A DNA stretch of 42,082 nt from the sequence record SRR2962707_2477; one strand, written 5' to 3'. The position numbers and the translations under genes are program-made. Within the stretch, counting starts at the first letter, position 1, and each line of letters begins with the position of its first letter. Shown piece after piece: positions 27,208-34,612 of this stretch. The notes under the pieces were generated by a model. The model was not told the DNA's origin, did not search any database, and saw nothing but the letters and a program-made list of their open reading frames with translations.

Positions 27208-27567
27208 CTAGATGCCCGATCGCTTCTCTTCCGATTGGATCACAGAGTCATGCACGGCCTTGGTGACCGTCTCGATGTTGTTGATGTCCCAGAACAGATC
27301 CGGGTCGCCATGGTGCGGCTTGATATGGTTGGCAACGGGGCTGTTCGGCTCTGGGCTCTTGCCCGATGCGATCACGCCAGACCGTTGGCAGGTGAAGTTG
27401 TCGCGCACGAACACTTCCATGCGCAGGCGCTGCCATCGTGCGCTCTTGTACCATTGGCGCCAGGCTGCTGTGTTTCGGTTCACTGCCTTGTCCCGCGTCT
27501 CGCGCATCGTGGCGATGCGGGGCTTCATGCTGGCAACCAGAGGCTTGAGTGTCTGGAGCTTGGCCAT
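27208..27567 (-). CDS. Terminase-associated HNH endonuclease (HK97 gp74-like)
   Basis: 'WYKSARWQRLR..VFVRDNFTCQ', 'NHIKPHHGD..LFWD..N' and 'HDS.IQ.EE'; GGAG RBS. Confidence 0.88.
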   Translation of the reverse strand: MAKLQTLKPLVASMKPRIATMRETRDKAVNRNTAAWRQWYKSARWQRLRMEVFVRDNFTCQRSGVIASGKSPEPNSPVANHIKPHHGDPDLFWDINNIETVTKAVHDSVIQSEEKRSGI

Positions 27568-27578
27568 GGCGCGCTCCA

Positions 27579-27611
27579 CAAAGCAAAGCCCCTGCCTGAT
27601 GGGCAAGGGCT
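27579..27611 (-). terminator. Intrinsic terminator in the late-operon leader
   Basis: Minus strand AGCCCTTGCC-CATCA-GGCAGGGGCT-TTGCTTTG, just before the first late gene. Confidence 0.6.
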
Positions 27612-27742
27612 GAGAGAATTCTGTGCATGGGAAACTTTGGGCGGGGAAGCAGTGAGCCTCATCCCCTAGGGCTCGAAGGCAGCGTTCCGAGTGGAACCCC
27701 CTTACAGCCAGCCCAAATCACTTGACATGCACAATAGGCGAA

Positions 27743-28303
27743 TCATGCGGCAGTGGCAACCGCTTCGAATTCGCCCATGTCCAAATCCACAGGTGTTGGC
27801 CGCCCGAAGATATCGATCAGCACGCGCATGCGGTGCATCGAGTGCACCTTGTCGACAACGCCGGGGAATGACGAGAATGGACCATTGGTGACCTTGACCC
27901 GCTGGTTCTTCATGCGCTTGCGCATATCGGCCAGCTCGGTCTTGCTGGTAATGCCACGAGCTCGACGGGCTGCCAGCGTATCATCGAGCTGCAGATCGGC
28001 CTGAGCTTTGCGCAGCGCCAGCACCTGGCTGGTCGGGACAGGGATGGGCTCATGGGGCTTGCCGGGCAGGAAGTCTTCAACGCCATTGCAGCCGCGGACA
28101 TGCCCGAGATCGCCGGCTGTCGGCACCTCAACGAACATGTAGCGAGGGAACAGGCAGAGCGTGAAGCACACCGTCTTGCGCTGCCGCCGATTGAACCGCT
28201 CGATCTTGTATTCGGGCAGATAGCAGTCAAAGCCCAGGCGGCCGATTTCCTCGACGGCCTTGTGTTCGCATTTGATGTTCGTCCGGATCACAAACCACGT
28301 CAT
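27743..28303 (-). CDS. NusG/RfaH-family transcription antitermination factor
   Basis: NGN 'WFVIRT...E', 'LFPRYMFV' and KOW 'VKVTNGPFSSFPGVV...VLIDIFGRPTPVDL'. Confidence 0.92.
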   Translation of the reverse strand: MTWFVIRTNIKCEHKAVEEIGRLGFDCYLPEYKIERFNRRQRKTVCFTLCLFPRYMFVEVPTAGDLGHVRGCNGVEDFLPGKPHEPIPVPTSQVLALRKAQADLQLDDTLAARRARGITSKTELADMRKRMKNQRVKVTNGPFSSFPGVVDKVHSMHRMRVLIDIFGRPTPVDLDMGEFEAVATAA

Positions 28304-28305
28304 GG

Positions 28306-28515
28306 CTATTCCTTGCCCTGTTTCGCCAAATAGGCGCTGAAATCTGCTTCGTTCACTTCGTAGACCTTGAGGGTCAGCAGGATGGCCTCTGCCCTATCGA
28401 GCCGTATGGCGGCGCTCGGCCCCTCCTTGGGCTCAACGCCATTCTCGACAAATCCCTGCAGCCCGTTCCGGTATCTCGTTGCCTCGTCGATTTGGTCGGC
28501 GATTGACACCTTCAC
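28306..28515 (-). CDS. Hypothetical protein (69 aa)
   Basis: GTG start overlapping the initiator stop (GTGA); KVSIADQIDEA... Confidence 0.65.
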   Translation of the reverse strand: MKVSIADQIDEATRYRNGLQGFVENGVEPKEGPSAAIRLDRAEAILLTLKVYEVNEADFSAYLAKQGKE

Positions 28516-29369
28516 TGATCTGCCCTCGCTTGTTCGATTTCTTCGATGCGAAAGCCCCTTTTGCCGCTGGCGCTGACAATTGGGAGCTTTTTCCCGAGCA
28601 TCTTCTCGACAGCTCGGAAATCGGGGTGATCTGCCGCGAGGTAAACCCAACCCTCCAGCGTAGCGGGCGCGGGATCGGCCTTCAGCGGCAACGTCAGCGC
28701 TTCGATCCAGGCCTTGCTGCGCAGCCACTTCCCGAGGCCGACACGGTATTCGAGAGCGGCCTGTGGGGTTTCATGGCGGGCAGTCGCATCTTCGATATGC
28801 CAACGGCCGTACCGCTTGGCTGCGACCAGAACCCGAACCGACTCTTCGTCCGTCAGATCGTTGTAGGCGGCCAGGGCGTCAGACCGGTTCATCATCGGTC
28901 GGCATGGGAACACTTCAAGAATTTCATCAAACGAAACGCGCGTGCTCGCCTGTTCCCGTTCCTTATTCCGGTATTCTTCCGGTTCCTTTAGTGGGGTGCC
29001 AACAGTGTCACCCCCGAGGGTGTCACGGGTGTCACCCTCCCCCGTGTCACCAGTGTCACCCCCCATATTTGGTAGGGGTGTCAATTTGGCACCCCTATGG
29101 AAGCCCACCAAACGGTACTGATTTGACTGCTGTCGACCACTTTCCGTCGCTGTCCCGATGACATCGAGGAAGTCATTTTCATCAAGCCATTTGATCCAGC
29201 GTTGAACGCTGCGGCGAGACATGTTGCTTTCCTCGGCGAGCCTGTTGACAGAAGGGCAGCACAGGCCAGTCTCGTTGTTGTGTGCGTTTGCAAGGCACAC
29301 CAAGAGCATCTTGGCGGCGACCTCCGGGACGTAACTGTCCAGCACAAAAGAGACGGCTTGAATGCTCAT
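28512..29369 (-). CDS. Replication initiator (N-terminal HTH, lambda O-like organisation)
   Basis: 'AKMLLVCLANAHN..TGLCCPSVNRLAEESNMSRRSVQRWIKWL...NQY'; internal iteron block. Confidence 0.85.
   Translation of the reverse strand: MSIQAVSFVLDSYVPEVAAKMLLVCLANAHNNETGLCCPSVNRLAEESNMSRRSVQRWIKWLDENDFLDVIGTATESGRQQSNQYRLVGFHRGAKLTPLPNMGGDTGDTGEGDTRDTLGGDTVGTPLKEPEEYRNKEREQASTRVSFDEILEVFPCRPMMNRSDALAAYNDLTDEESVRVLVAAKRYGRWHIEDATARHETPQAALEYRVGLGKWLRSKAWIEALTLPLKADPAPATLEGWVYLAADHPDFRAVEKMLGKKLPIVSASGKRGFRIEEIEQARADQ
28996..29097. repeat. Origin iterons inside the initiator gene
   Basis: GTGTCAC at 29005, 29020, 29029, 29044 and 29053; GTGTCA at 29078; GTGCCA at 28996 and inverted at 29087; palindrome TAGGGGTGTCAATTTGGCACCCCTA. 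Confidence 0.8.
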
Positions 29370-29866
29370 CGCGCAGCTGCCTCCAGGCGCTCACGACGCC
29401 GACGCAAGCCAACGACGACCGTCGAGTGGTCGCGACCGCCAATTGCATCGCCAACCATCGTGGTGCTGTAGCCAAGCTCGACTGTCAGCCGATGGAATGT
29501 CTCATACCGTGCATCGACAGTGGCCCTTGCGCGGCGAAGGCTGATGATATCGTTGACCGTCACCCCAAATTGAGTAGCGACCTCTTCCATGATCGCCTGT
29601 CGCCCAGCATGCTGCCAATCGGCGTGCCTGCCTTTGCGCAGGCGCTCAACGAACGTGAATTGCTTCGGAACAGGCTCTGCATTGACTGCAGGAGCCACAG
29701 CGCGGGCTGTTGGCGGCATTGGCGGATGCAACCGGGCATGCACTGCCCGGCAGTTGGCCAAAACGTCTCTACCCGTCTCAAACTCGCGTGCTGGCATCAT
29801 ATAGCCAACCCGGAATGCCTGGTGTGGACGGCTCGGCTGGGGAATTGTTGCGAGTGCGGTATTCAT
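29366..29866 (-). CDS. Protein with DnaA C-terminal-like HTH
   Basis: 'EVATQFGVTVNDIIS.RR...VDAR...GYSTT.VGDAIGGRDHSTVV'. Confidence 0.85.
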   Translation of the reverse strand: MNTALATIPQPSRPHQAFRVGYMMPAREFETGRDVLANCRAVHARLHPPMPPTARAVAPAVNAEPVPKQFTFVERLRKGRHADWQHAGRQAIMEEVATQFGVTVNDIISLRRARATVDARYETFHRLTVELGYSTTMVGDAIGGRDHSTVVVGLRRRRERLEAAAR

Positions 29867-30531
29867 GCTGCTGCCTCGTCAAACTTGGTGGATTGGTCGC
29901 CCCATGATGCCCAGCCTGGGCGCGACTTGCGCGCGAAGAGCTCGACATAAGGGCCATCGAACATCGTCTCTATCCGGGCGTACTGCTCATCGGGCTTGCG
30001 GCTGTGCTCACGCCTCCGGGCACGCATTGCGCTGCCTGGCATGACTTCCATGAAGTCTCGCACGCATCGCACGCCCTCTGGCGCCGCGCCCATGCCGAAT
30101 AGATCGTCCGGCAGCACCGCCCGCAGGCTTGGATTGCCCCGCGTTGCCAGCAGGCAGGGCTCAAGGTTCTTCCGTGTTCCGTACCCACCGCCAAAGGCGT
30201 ATTTGCCAGTCTCAGGGTTGAACTTGATCCATTCCCAAGCGAGGCCGGCGAATTCAAAGCCCCAAGCTTCAATGATACGGGTCCACTGCGGCATGAACGG
30301 CCATGTCATCCACATAAACAGCGCACAGTCGTCTGCAGCCAGAATGTCGACGGGCAGCGCAGCGATGTCACCGAGTGGCATACAGCCATAGTGCGCCTGG
30401 GCGGACTTGCCCTGCCCCTTCTCGGAATACTGTTCGAATGCCCACGGTGGATCGGCAAGGATCACGCGATAGCCACCAACAGGCCGCATTTCGGCAAAGT
30501 GCCGGGCAATGGGTGCTGATGGAGAGGTCAT
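29863..30531 (-). CDS. MT-A70 family adenine DNA methyltransferase
   Basis: 'VILADPPW', 'ALFMW', 'GYGTRKNLEPCL', 'EHSRKPD' and 'YVELFAR...GW..WG'. Confidence 0.93.
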   Translation of the reverse strand: MTSPSAPIARHFAEMRPVGGYRVILADPPWAFEQYSEKGQGKSAQAHYGCMPLGDIAALPVDILAADDCALFMWMTWPFMPQWTRIIEAWGFEFAGLAWEWIKFNPETGKYAFGGGYGTRKNLEPCLLATRGNPSLRAVLPDDLFGMGAAPEGVRCVRDFMEVMPGSAMRARRREHSRKPDEQYARIETMFDGPYVELFARKSRPGWASWGDQSTKFDEAAA

Positions 30532-31160
30532 GCCACCGCCCTTTCGCCTGCCAATCCACCCCATTGGTCGGCCATCGCCTCGGCAATGCCTGAGAAAAAC
30601 CGGCTGCGTTCTTTCCACCGGTCAGGGCCTGGCGGCATGCGATGCACGCGCTGCTCCCTGCCGGCCACGATTTCTGTCGGTACCAGTGGCGGGAGCCCCT
30701 TGAGCCAGAAGCAAGCGCGCTTGCTCTCGCCATGACCGAATTGCCACGGCTGCACCGATTGGGCCGGGCTGGCATAGTTCTCGATCAGCGCCTTGGCATG
30801 CCGGTGCATCACCGGGTTTTCGATGCAAATGCGCTCGATGGGAGCGTTCCAGAACGCAGAGAACAGTTCCGCACCTTCGCGCAGCTCGGCTTGCATCTGC
30901 TCAGCCGTCTTGCCTGGGGGCGGCTTTGAGAGCCACCGGACACCGCTGTTGCAGAGGCGGGTGCACGGCGGGTGCGCAACCATGAGCAAATCCCATCCAT
31001 CATCGAGCAGGTCGCGGGCATCGCCGACAATGTGCTTGTTCGATCGATCGTCGGACTGCAGCAGGTCGCACGACCATGCATCATGACCCAGCGCCGCAAA
31101 GGCACGGCGAACCGTTCCCGAGAATTCGCAAGCTACCAGAACGCGGAGTGGATCGTTCAT
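30528..31160 (-). CDS. Compact DNA cytosine-methyltransferase-like protein
   Basis: 'RVLVACEFSG' (motif I-like), 'AHPPC' (catalytic PC) and 'IENP' (motif VI); GGAG RBS before ATG 31160. Confidence 0.75.
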   Translation of the reverse strand: MNDPLRVLVACEFSGTVRRAFAALGHDAWSCDLLQSDDRSNKHIVGDARDLLDDGWDLLMVAHPPCTRLCNSGVRWLSKPPPGKTAEQMQAELREGAELFSAFWNAPIERICIENPVMHRHAKALIENYASPAQSVQPWQFGHGESKRACFWLKGLPPLVPTEIVAGREQRVHRMPPGPDRWKERSRFFSGIAEAMADQWGGLAGERAVA

Positions 31161-31390
31161 TTGTGCAGGCTCCCTGCGATGCGCTTGAGGGTCAGGCTGT
31201 TCCGCGCCTGCTGGGCCAGATCCGCCGGCCGACCGCCCGCCGCAGCAGCAATCAGAGCATCCCGCTTCGTCTTGCGGCGATGATTGACCTGCACGCCCTT
31301 GGCTCTCAGCTCCTTGCGAAGCTGATCTGCTACTGCGTCTTGGGTGCGGATGATCTTGCGGGATGTGGGCATGGTGAGATTTTGGGTCAT
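31157..31390 (-). CDS. Small basic hypothetical protein
   Basis: Translationally coupled on both sides. Confidence 0.55.
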   Translation of the reverse strand: MTQNLTMPTSRKIIRTQDAVADQLRKELRAKGVQVNHRRKTKRDALIAAAAGGRPADLAQQARNSLTLKRIAGSLHK

Positions 31391-31590
31391 GTCTGCGACC
31401 TTCCGGCTGCGCGGCGCTTTCGCCAGCGACGATGGGCTCTGCCGCCTGATGAGCGGATGCCAGGGTTTTGGGATGGCTTTCGGATGCTGGGCATAGTGCC
31501 GGCCGCCAGAATTCCGAGCGGCCGCGGCTGATCCACCATCCCTGCGTAGCGGTCGATGAGCAGATCAATGAACTCATCGAGGAATTCCAT
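31387..31590 (-). CDS. Small hypothetical protein
   Basis: GGAGGG RBS; 'HRRWRKRRAAGR' tail. Confidence 0.55.
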   Translation of the reverse strand: MEFLDEFIDLLIDRYAGMVDQPRPLGILAAGTMPSIRKPSQNPGIRSSGGRAHRRWRKRRAAGRSQT

Positions 31591-31591
31591 T

Positions 31592-31903
31592 TCAGCCCTC
31601 CGGAACGGCGAGGCTATTCAGCCCGGCCTCATAGAGCCGCATCGTCGCTTCGATATCCTCGATGTGCATGGTCAGACCCTGCTCGACGGCCTCGGCCTGG
31701 CGCCGCACCAGATCGCGACGGCTGAGCAGTTCGAACCGCTCGCTTTCGAGTTCCTTCACGGCCATGTCGATCCGGTCCCGATGCGCAGCCAGGCGCTGCA
31801 CCATGGGGGCTGTTTCGTTCTTGGCTGCGCTCGCCAAAGCGAGCTCGTCTTCGCTCGGCGCTGTGTCGACAACCTTGAGATTGCTGCTGGGCTTATTGGC
31901 CAT
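31592..31903 (-). CDS. Coiled-coil hypothetical protein
   Basis: AAGGAGG RBS; heptad pattern. Confidence 0.75.
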   Translation of the reverse strand: MANKPSSNLKVVDTAPSEDELALASAAKNETAPMVQRLAAHRDRIDMAVKELESERFELLSRRDLVRRQAEAVEQGLTMHIEDIEATMRLYEAGLNSLAVPEG

Positions 31904-31931
31904 GTGTCATTCCTCCTTGGATTGAATGGGT

Positions 31932-32339
31932 TTAGTGGCGGGCGTTCAGTCTTTTTCCCTCGTTGACCGTCGCACCTTGCGCCACAGCTTCCGCCAGTAG
32001 CGCTGCAAGGCGATCAGCCAGATCTTGATCATGAGCATTCGTGCCCAATGCCTCCTCGATTTCGATTGTGTGCAGGAGACGCGCTGCCATCTTTGCGCAG
32101 CGGTCCAGGTAGGCAGATCGGACCCGAGCGAAGAGGCTCACATCACAGGTCTTGGCCTTGGCTTTGTAGAGGTGCGTCAGCTGCGAAACGGTCATGCCGT
32201 AATCACGCGCCAGCTTGCGCAGCGCTGCCTCTTTCGTGCTTGTGGTCACTGTCTCCAGCTTCACCATTTGCTGCACGTATTGGGTCGCGGTCGCGGCGCT
32301 CACTCTGGGCACCTCATGACCTGAAATTGGTAACGCCAT
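31932..32339 (-). CDS. Putative transcriptional regulator (CII-like position, HTH-like)
   Basis: 'ALRKLARDYGMTVSQLTHLY' helix-turn-helix-like segment downstream of cro. Confidence 0.6.
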   Translation of the reverse strand: MALPISGHEVPRVSAATATQYVQQMVKLETVTTSTKEAALRKLARDYGMTVSQLTHLYKAKAKTCDVSLFARVRSAYLDRCAKMAARLLHTIEIEEALGTNAHDQDLADRLAALLAEAVAQGATVNEGKRLNARH

Positions 32340-32532
32340 GCTCGGGCACTCCGTCCATGTTGGTTGGGCGGAATGCGAGCGATTACAGAAAGGCTTGAGA
32401 GATGAAGGCGATCAGCGAGAGCATGTACGCAGTGCTGATGGCCCAAGGTATTGGCCCTGGCAGACGGACTGGAATCCGCCGGCTGGGCAAGATGATCGCG
32501 CGCTCGGCTGGAACCGGCGCTGCGGATAATGT

Positions 32533-32655
32533 GGCGAGTGCCCCGATTTTCGGGGAGGAGGAACGATCCTCGGAACACTCGCCGACCAGTCACGCCAAGG
32601 GGGAGGAAGCGCGACCGATGGGAATGGGAAAGAGCGCCGAGGCCGAAGCCCCGGC
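32533..32655 (-). ncRNA. Candidate cuckoo-like (CCUCC-loop, anti-Shine-Dalgarno) structured RNA
   Basis: Minus strand: UUCG hairpin (32636-32655), a 9-bp stem with loop UUCCUCCCCCUUG (32587-32617), and a 14-bp stem with UCCUCCUCCCC in its loop (32533-32583). G-U pairs favour the minus strand. Confidence 0.5.
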
Positions 32656-32871
32656 CAGTTTTCAGGAGTTTGGTCGGGACGCCAATCAAGCAGATCGGCG
32701 GAACAATATTGGAGACCCCTTTCCTGGCTGGACTCAAACAATGAAATTCCGGGTCATCGTGAACCCGAACCTGAGCGCACAACGCAGCTACAGGCCGAGA
32801 GGCGCGCAACGCAGAACCGGCACACCTCCGGGTCTGGCGCTGATCATTGGCGGCAAGGCGTGATGCTGAGG

Positions 32872-32976
32872 TCATAGCTCTGCACCGTCCGAACCGCCCG
32901 CTGTGACCGCGAGAACGATTACCAATGCCGCGATACTTACGGCGCCATAGGCGAGCGCGATCTGCCTGATGCTCAT
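32872..32976 (-). CDS. Tiny single-TM peptide (34 aa, not in the ORF track)
   Basis: MSIRQIALAYGAVSIAALVIVLAVTAGGSDGAEL*; TGATG overlap with the upstream peptide. Confidence 0.55.
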   Translation of the reverse strand: MSIRQIALAYGAVSIAALVIVLAVTAGGSDGAEL

Positions 32977-33095
32977 CAGAACACCCCCGGCGAAAGGATC
33001 GCGGCCAGTGTCAGACCGATCAGAACGCAGAACAGCGCTACCGTTGCGCATATCCGGTTCACCAGGCTGCCAAGTGGAATGGGTTCGCGGGCCAT
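32976..33095 (-). CDS. Tiny single-TM peptide (39 aa, not in the ORF track)
   Basis: MAREPIPLGSLVNRICATVALFCVLIGLTLAAILSPGVF*; GGAGG RBS; TGATG overlap with the HNH gene. Confidence 0.6.
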   Translation of the reverse strand: MAREPIPLGSLVNRICATVALFCVLIGLTLAAILSPGVF

Positions 33096-33658
33096 CACAC
33101 AGCCTCCATCGGAACGTGAGTCCACGTTTTGCCCCGGACTATGCCGCAGACGGTCGCGTGATGAAGCCCGTACTGCTTGGCCAGATCTCCTACTCGCCGC
33201 GAAACCTCACGGTTCTTGATGGCGCGGTACTGCCGGCGGATATCGATCACCTGCTGTTCCGTCAGCTTGGCCTTCGGATTTCGCTCGCCCACCCCGGGCG
33301 TAGTGCCGTGCACTACAGTGTCTGCATGATTTTGGGCACGAGTGGCCCAGCGCAACTCTGCGAAGTGCGCACAAACTCGCGAACCGTTATTGTGCGCAAC
33401 TTCGTGCTTGCCCGATGGGGCCGGGCCAATGAACGCTTCAGCGACAAGGCGGTATACGGTGATGGTTTCCTTGTTGCCGCTGGAATTTGTCAGGGCATAG
33501 CGCAGATACCCATCAGCATCGATGAAACCCTTGAGACGCTCGCCCACTTTGCGGCCATTGGCCGGCACAGCACGACGCACATCACCCCACTCGGAGACAT
33601 CGAAATTTGGGAAGCGTGGGCATGAGAGCCATTGCATCAAATGAGCCTGGGTCATCAA
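33095..33658 (-). CDS. Free-standing HNH endonuclease (NUMOD4/HNH_3-like with C-terminal HTH)
   Basis: 'VSEWGDVR', 'VYRLVAEAFIGP....VAHNNG......LRWATRAQN..D...HGT' and 'AKLTEQQV..IR'. Confidence 0.85.
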   Translation of the reverse strand: MMTQAHLMQWLSCPRFPNFDVSEWGDVRRAVPANGRKVGERLKGFIDADGYLRYALTNSSGNKETITVYRLVAEAFIGPAPSGKHEVAHNNGSRVCAHFAELRWATRAQNHADTVVHGTTPGVGERNPKAKLTEQQVIDIRRQYRAIKNREVSRRVGDLAKQYGLHHATVCGIVRGKTWTHVPMEAV

Positions 33659-33888
33659 ATATCCCCCAACGCGGAAAGATACGTTTCGATCAGCGCCTCT
33701 TGCTCCAGGCGTTCGCTGCGCGGCTGCTTGCGAATGTTCACGACGCGGCGCAAAATCTTGCGGTCAAAACCGGCAGAGTGAGCCTCTCCGAAAATCTCTT
33801 TGATATCGGCGGCGCATTCGGCCTTGTCCGCTTCGCGGCGTTCAATCCGCTCAACCAAAGCGCGCAGCTGTCCGTTCGTCTCGGTCAT
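33655..33888 (-). CDS. DUF2312 / GapR-like nucleoid-associated protein
   Basis: 'QLRALVERIER.E.DK....DIKEIF.EA.SAGFD.KILR.VV.IRK.....EQEALIETYLSALG'. Confidence 0.9.
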   Translation of the reverse strand: MTETNGQLRALVERIERREADKAECAADIKEIFGEAHSAGFDRKILRRVVNIRKQPRSERLEQEALIETYLSALGDI

Positions 33889-34272
33889 CTATGCCTCCTC
33901 AGAAATTTTGTGAACACTGCTTACCTCGCCGACCGGCAGCACCACGATGGCCCGCGCGCAGTTCGGCGCAGTCGCCAGAACGCCGCGATGCACCAACCGC
34001 TGCACCATGTCGTGGAGCGAGCCCTTGGAGCTTTTGCCGATGGCCTTGGAGATTTCGCCGTAGCTGGGCGAATGCCCGTGCTCTGCGACGAAGTCCGAAA
34101 TGAAGTCGACCAGCTTGCGCTGCATGACGGTCAGCCCGACATGGCGCCCTGCTCTGTCAGCCATCAGGCATCGAGCGAGGAATTCGCGATCGTCTTTGAT
34201 GTCACGATACTGATCGGCCAGAATGTCTGCCTGTTCGCGTATCTCGGCTGGGATATCGACGGGGAAAGTCAT
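33889..34272 (-). CDS. LexA-type winged-helix DNA-binding protein lacking a peptidase domain
   Basis: 'LT..QRKLVDFI.....HGHSPSYGEI...GKSSKGSLH..V.RL..RG.......ARAI'. Confidence 0.8.
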   Translation of the reverse strand: MTFPVDIPAEIREQADILADQYRDIKDDREFLARCLMADRAGRHVGLTVMQRKLVDFISDFVAEHGHSPSYGEISKAIGKSSKGSLHDMVQRLVHRGVLATAPNCARAIVVLPVGEVSSVHKISEEA

Positions 34273-34514
34273 GCTGCCACCGTTGATCTGGGGCGAGCGA
34301 CACCTTTGGGCCACGCTTTCCCAGCCGGCCAGTTGTCCGAGAACCAGAGCATCGCCCTCTCGAACACCCGAACCGTTGGACTGAGCTTTCCGGTGGCGAA
34401 GTCATCGAGGCGATTGCCTTGATTGAGAGCCAAGGTCGATACGCGCTTTCGGCCACGGTTTGTCAGTTGGCCGTAGGCATCTGCGACTGTGATGAGTTGG
34501 GTTCTAAGGTCCAT
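34269..34514 (-). CDS. Cro-like repressor
   Basis: Small, divergent from cI; 'VADAY......RVSTLA..G..L......T....ERAM.WFSDNWP....WP' type. Confidence 0.8.
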   Translation of the reverse strand: MDLRTQLITVADAYGQLTNRGRKRVSTLALNQGNRLDDFATGKLSPTVRVFERAMLWFSDNWPAGKAWPKGVARPRSTVAA

Positions 34515-34527
34515 GTCGCTATTGTAT

Positions 34528-34610
34528 GCGGCACTTGTGCCGCATGGTCAAGCGAAAAACGCGGCACTCTTGCCGCTGGCGCGCCTTCTCAGCAGCGGCA
34601 ACAATGCCGC
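34528..34610. promoter_or_regulatory. OR operator array: three 16-bp palindromes GCGGCA-N4-TGCCGC
   Basis: Sites at 34528-34543, 34561-34576 and 34595-34610. The first lies between TTGACC and TACAAT hexamers (minus strand) facing cro. Confidence 0.88.
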
Positions 34611-34612
34611 AC

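Noticed and set aside
28996-29097. Short repeats considered as a CRISPR array or DGR repeat
   Set aside because: The units are 6-7 bp with irregular short spacing inside a gene. No cas or reverse transcriptase gene is in the window, and iterons explain them.
31161-31577. 139-aa N-terminal extension of the cytosine MTase-like ORF
   Set aside because: It overlaps two coupled small genes, and the RBS and motif I support a start at 31160.
32300-32875. 191-aa minus-strand ORF and 153-aa plus-strand ORF (32402-32863)
   Set aside because: Both have low-complexity, non-globular composition and overlap the hairpin cluster. The minus ORF has a coupled ATGA start, so it cannot be fully excluded, but it is not called.
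33607-34422. 271-aa + strand ORF
   Set aside because: Antisense to the well-supported cro, LexA-like and DUF2312 genes.
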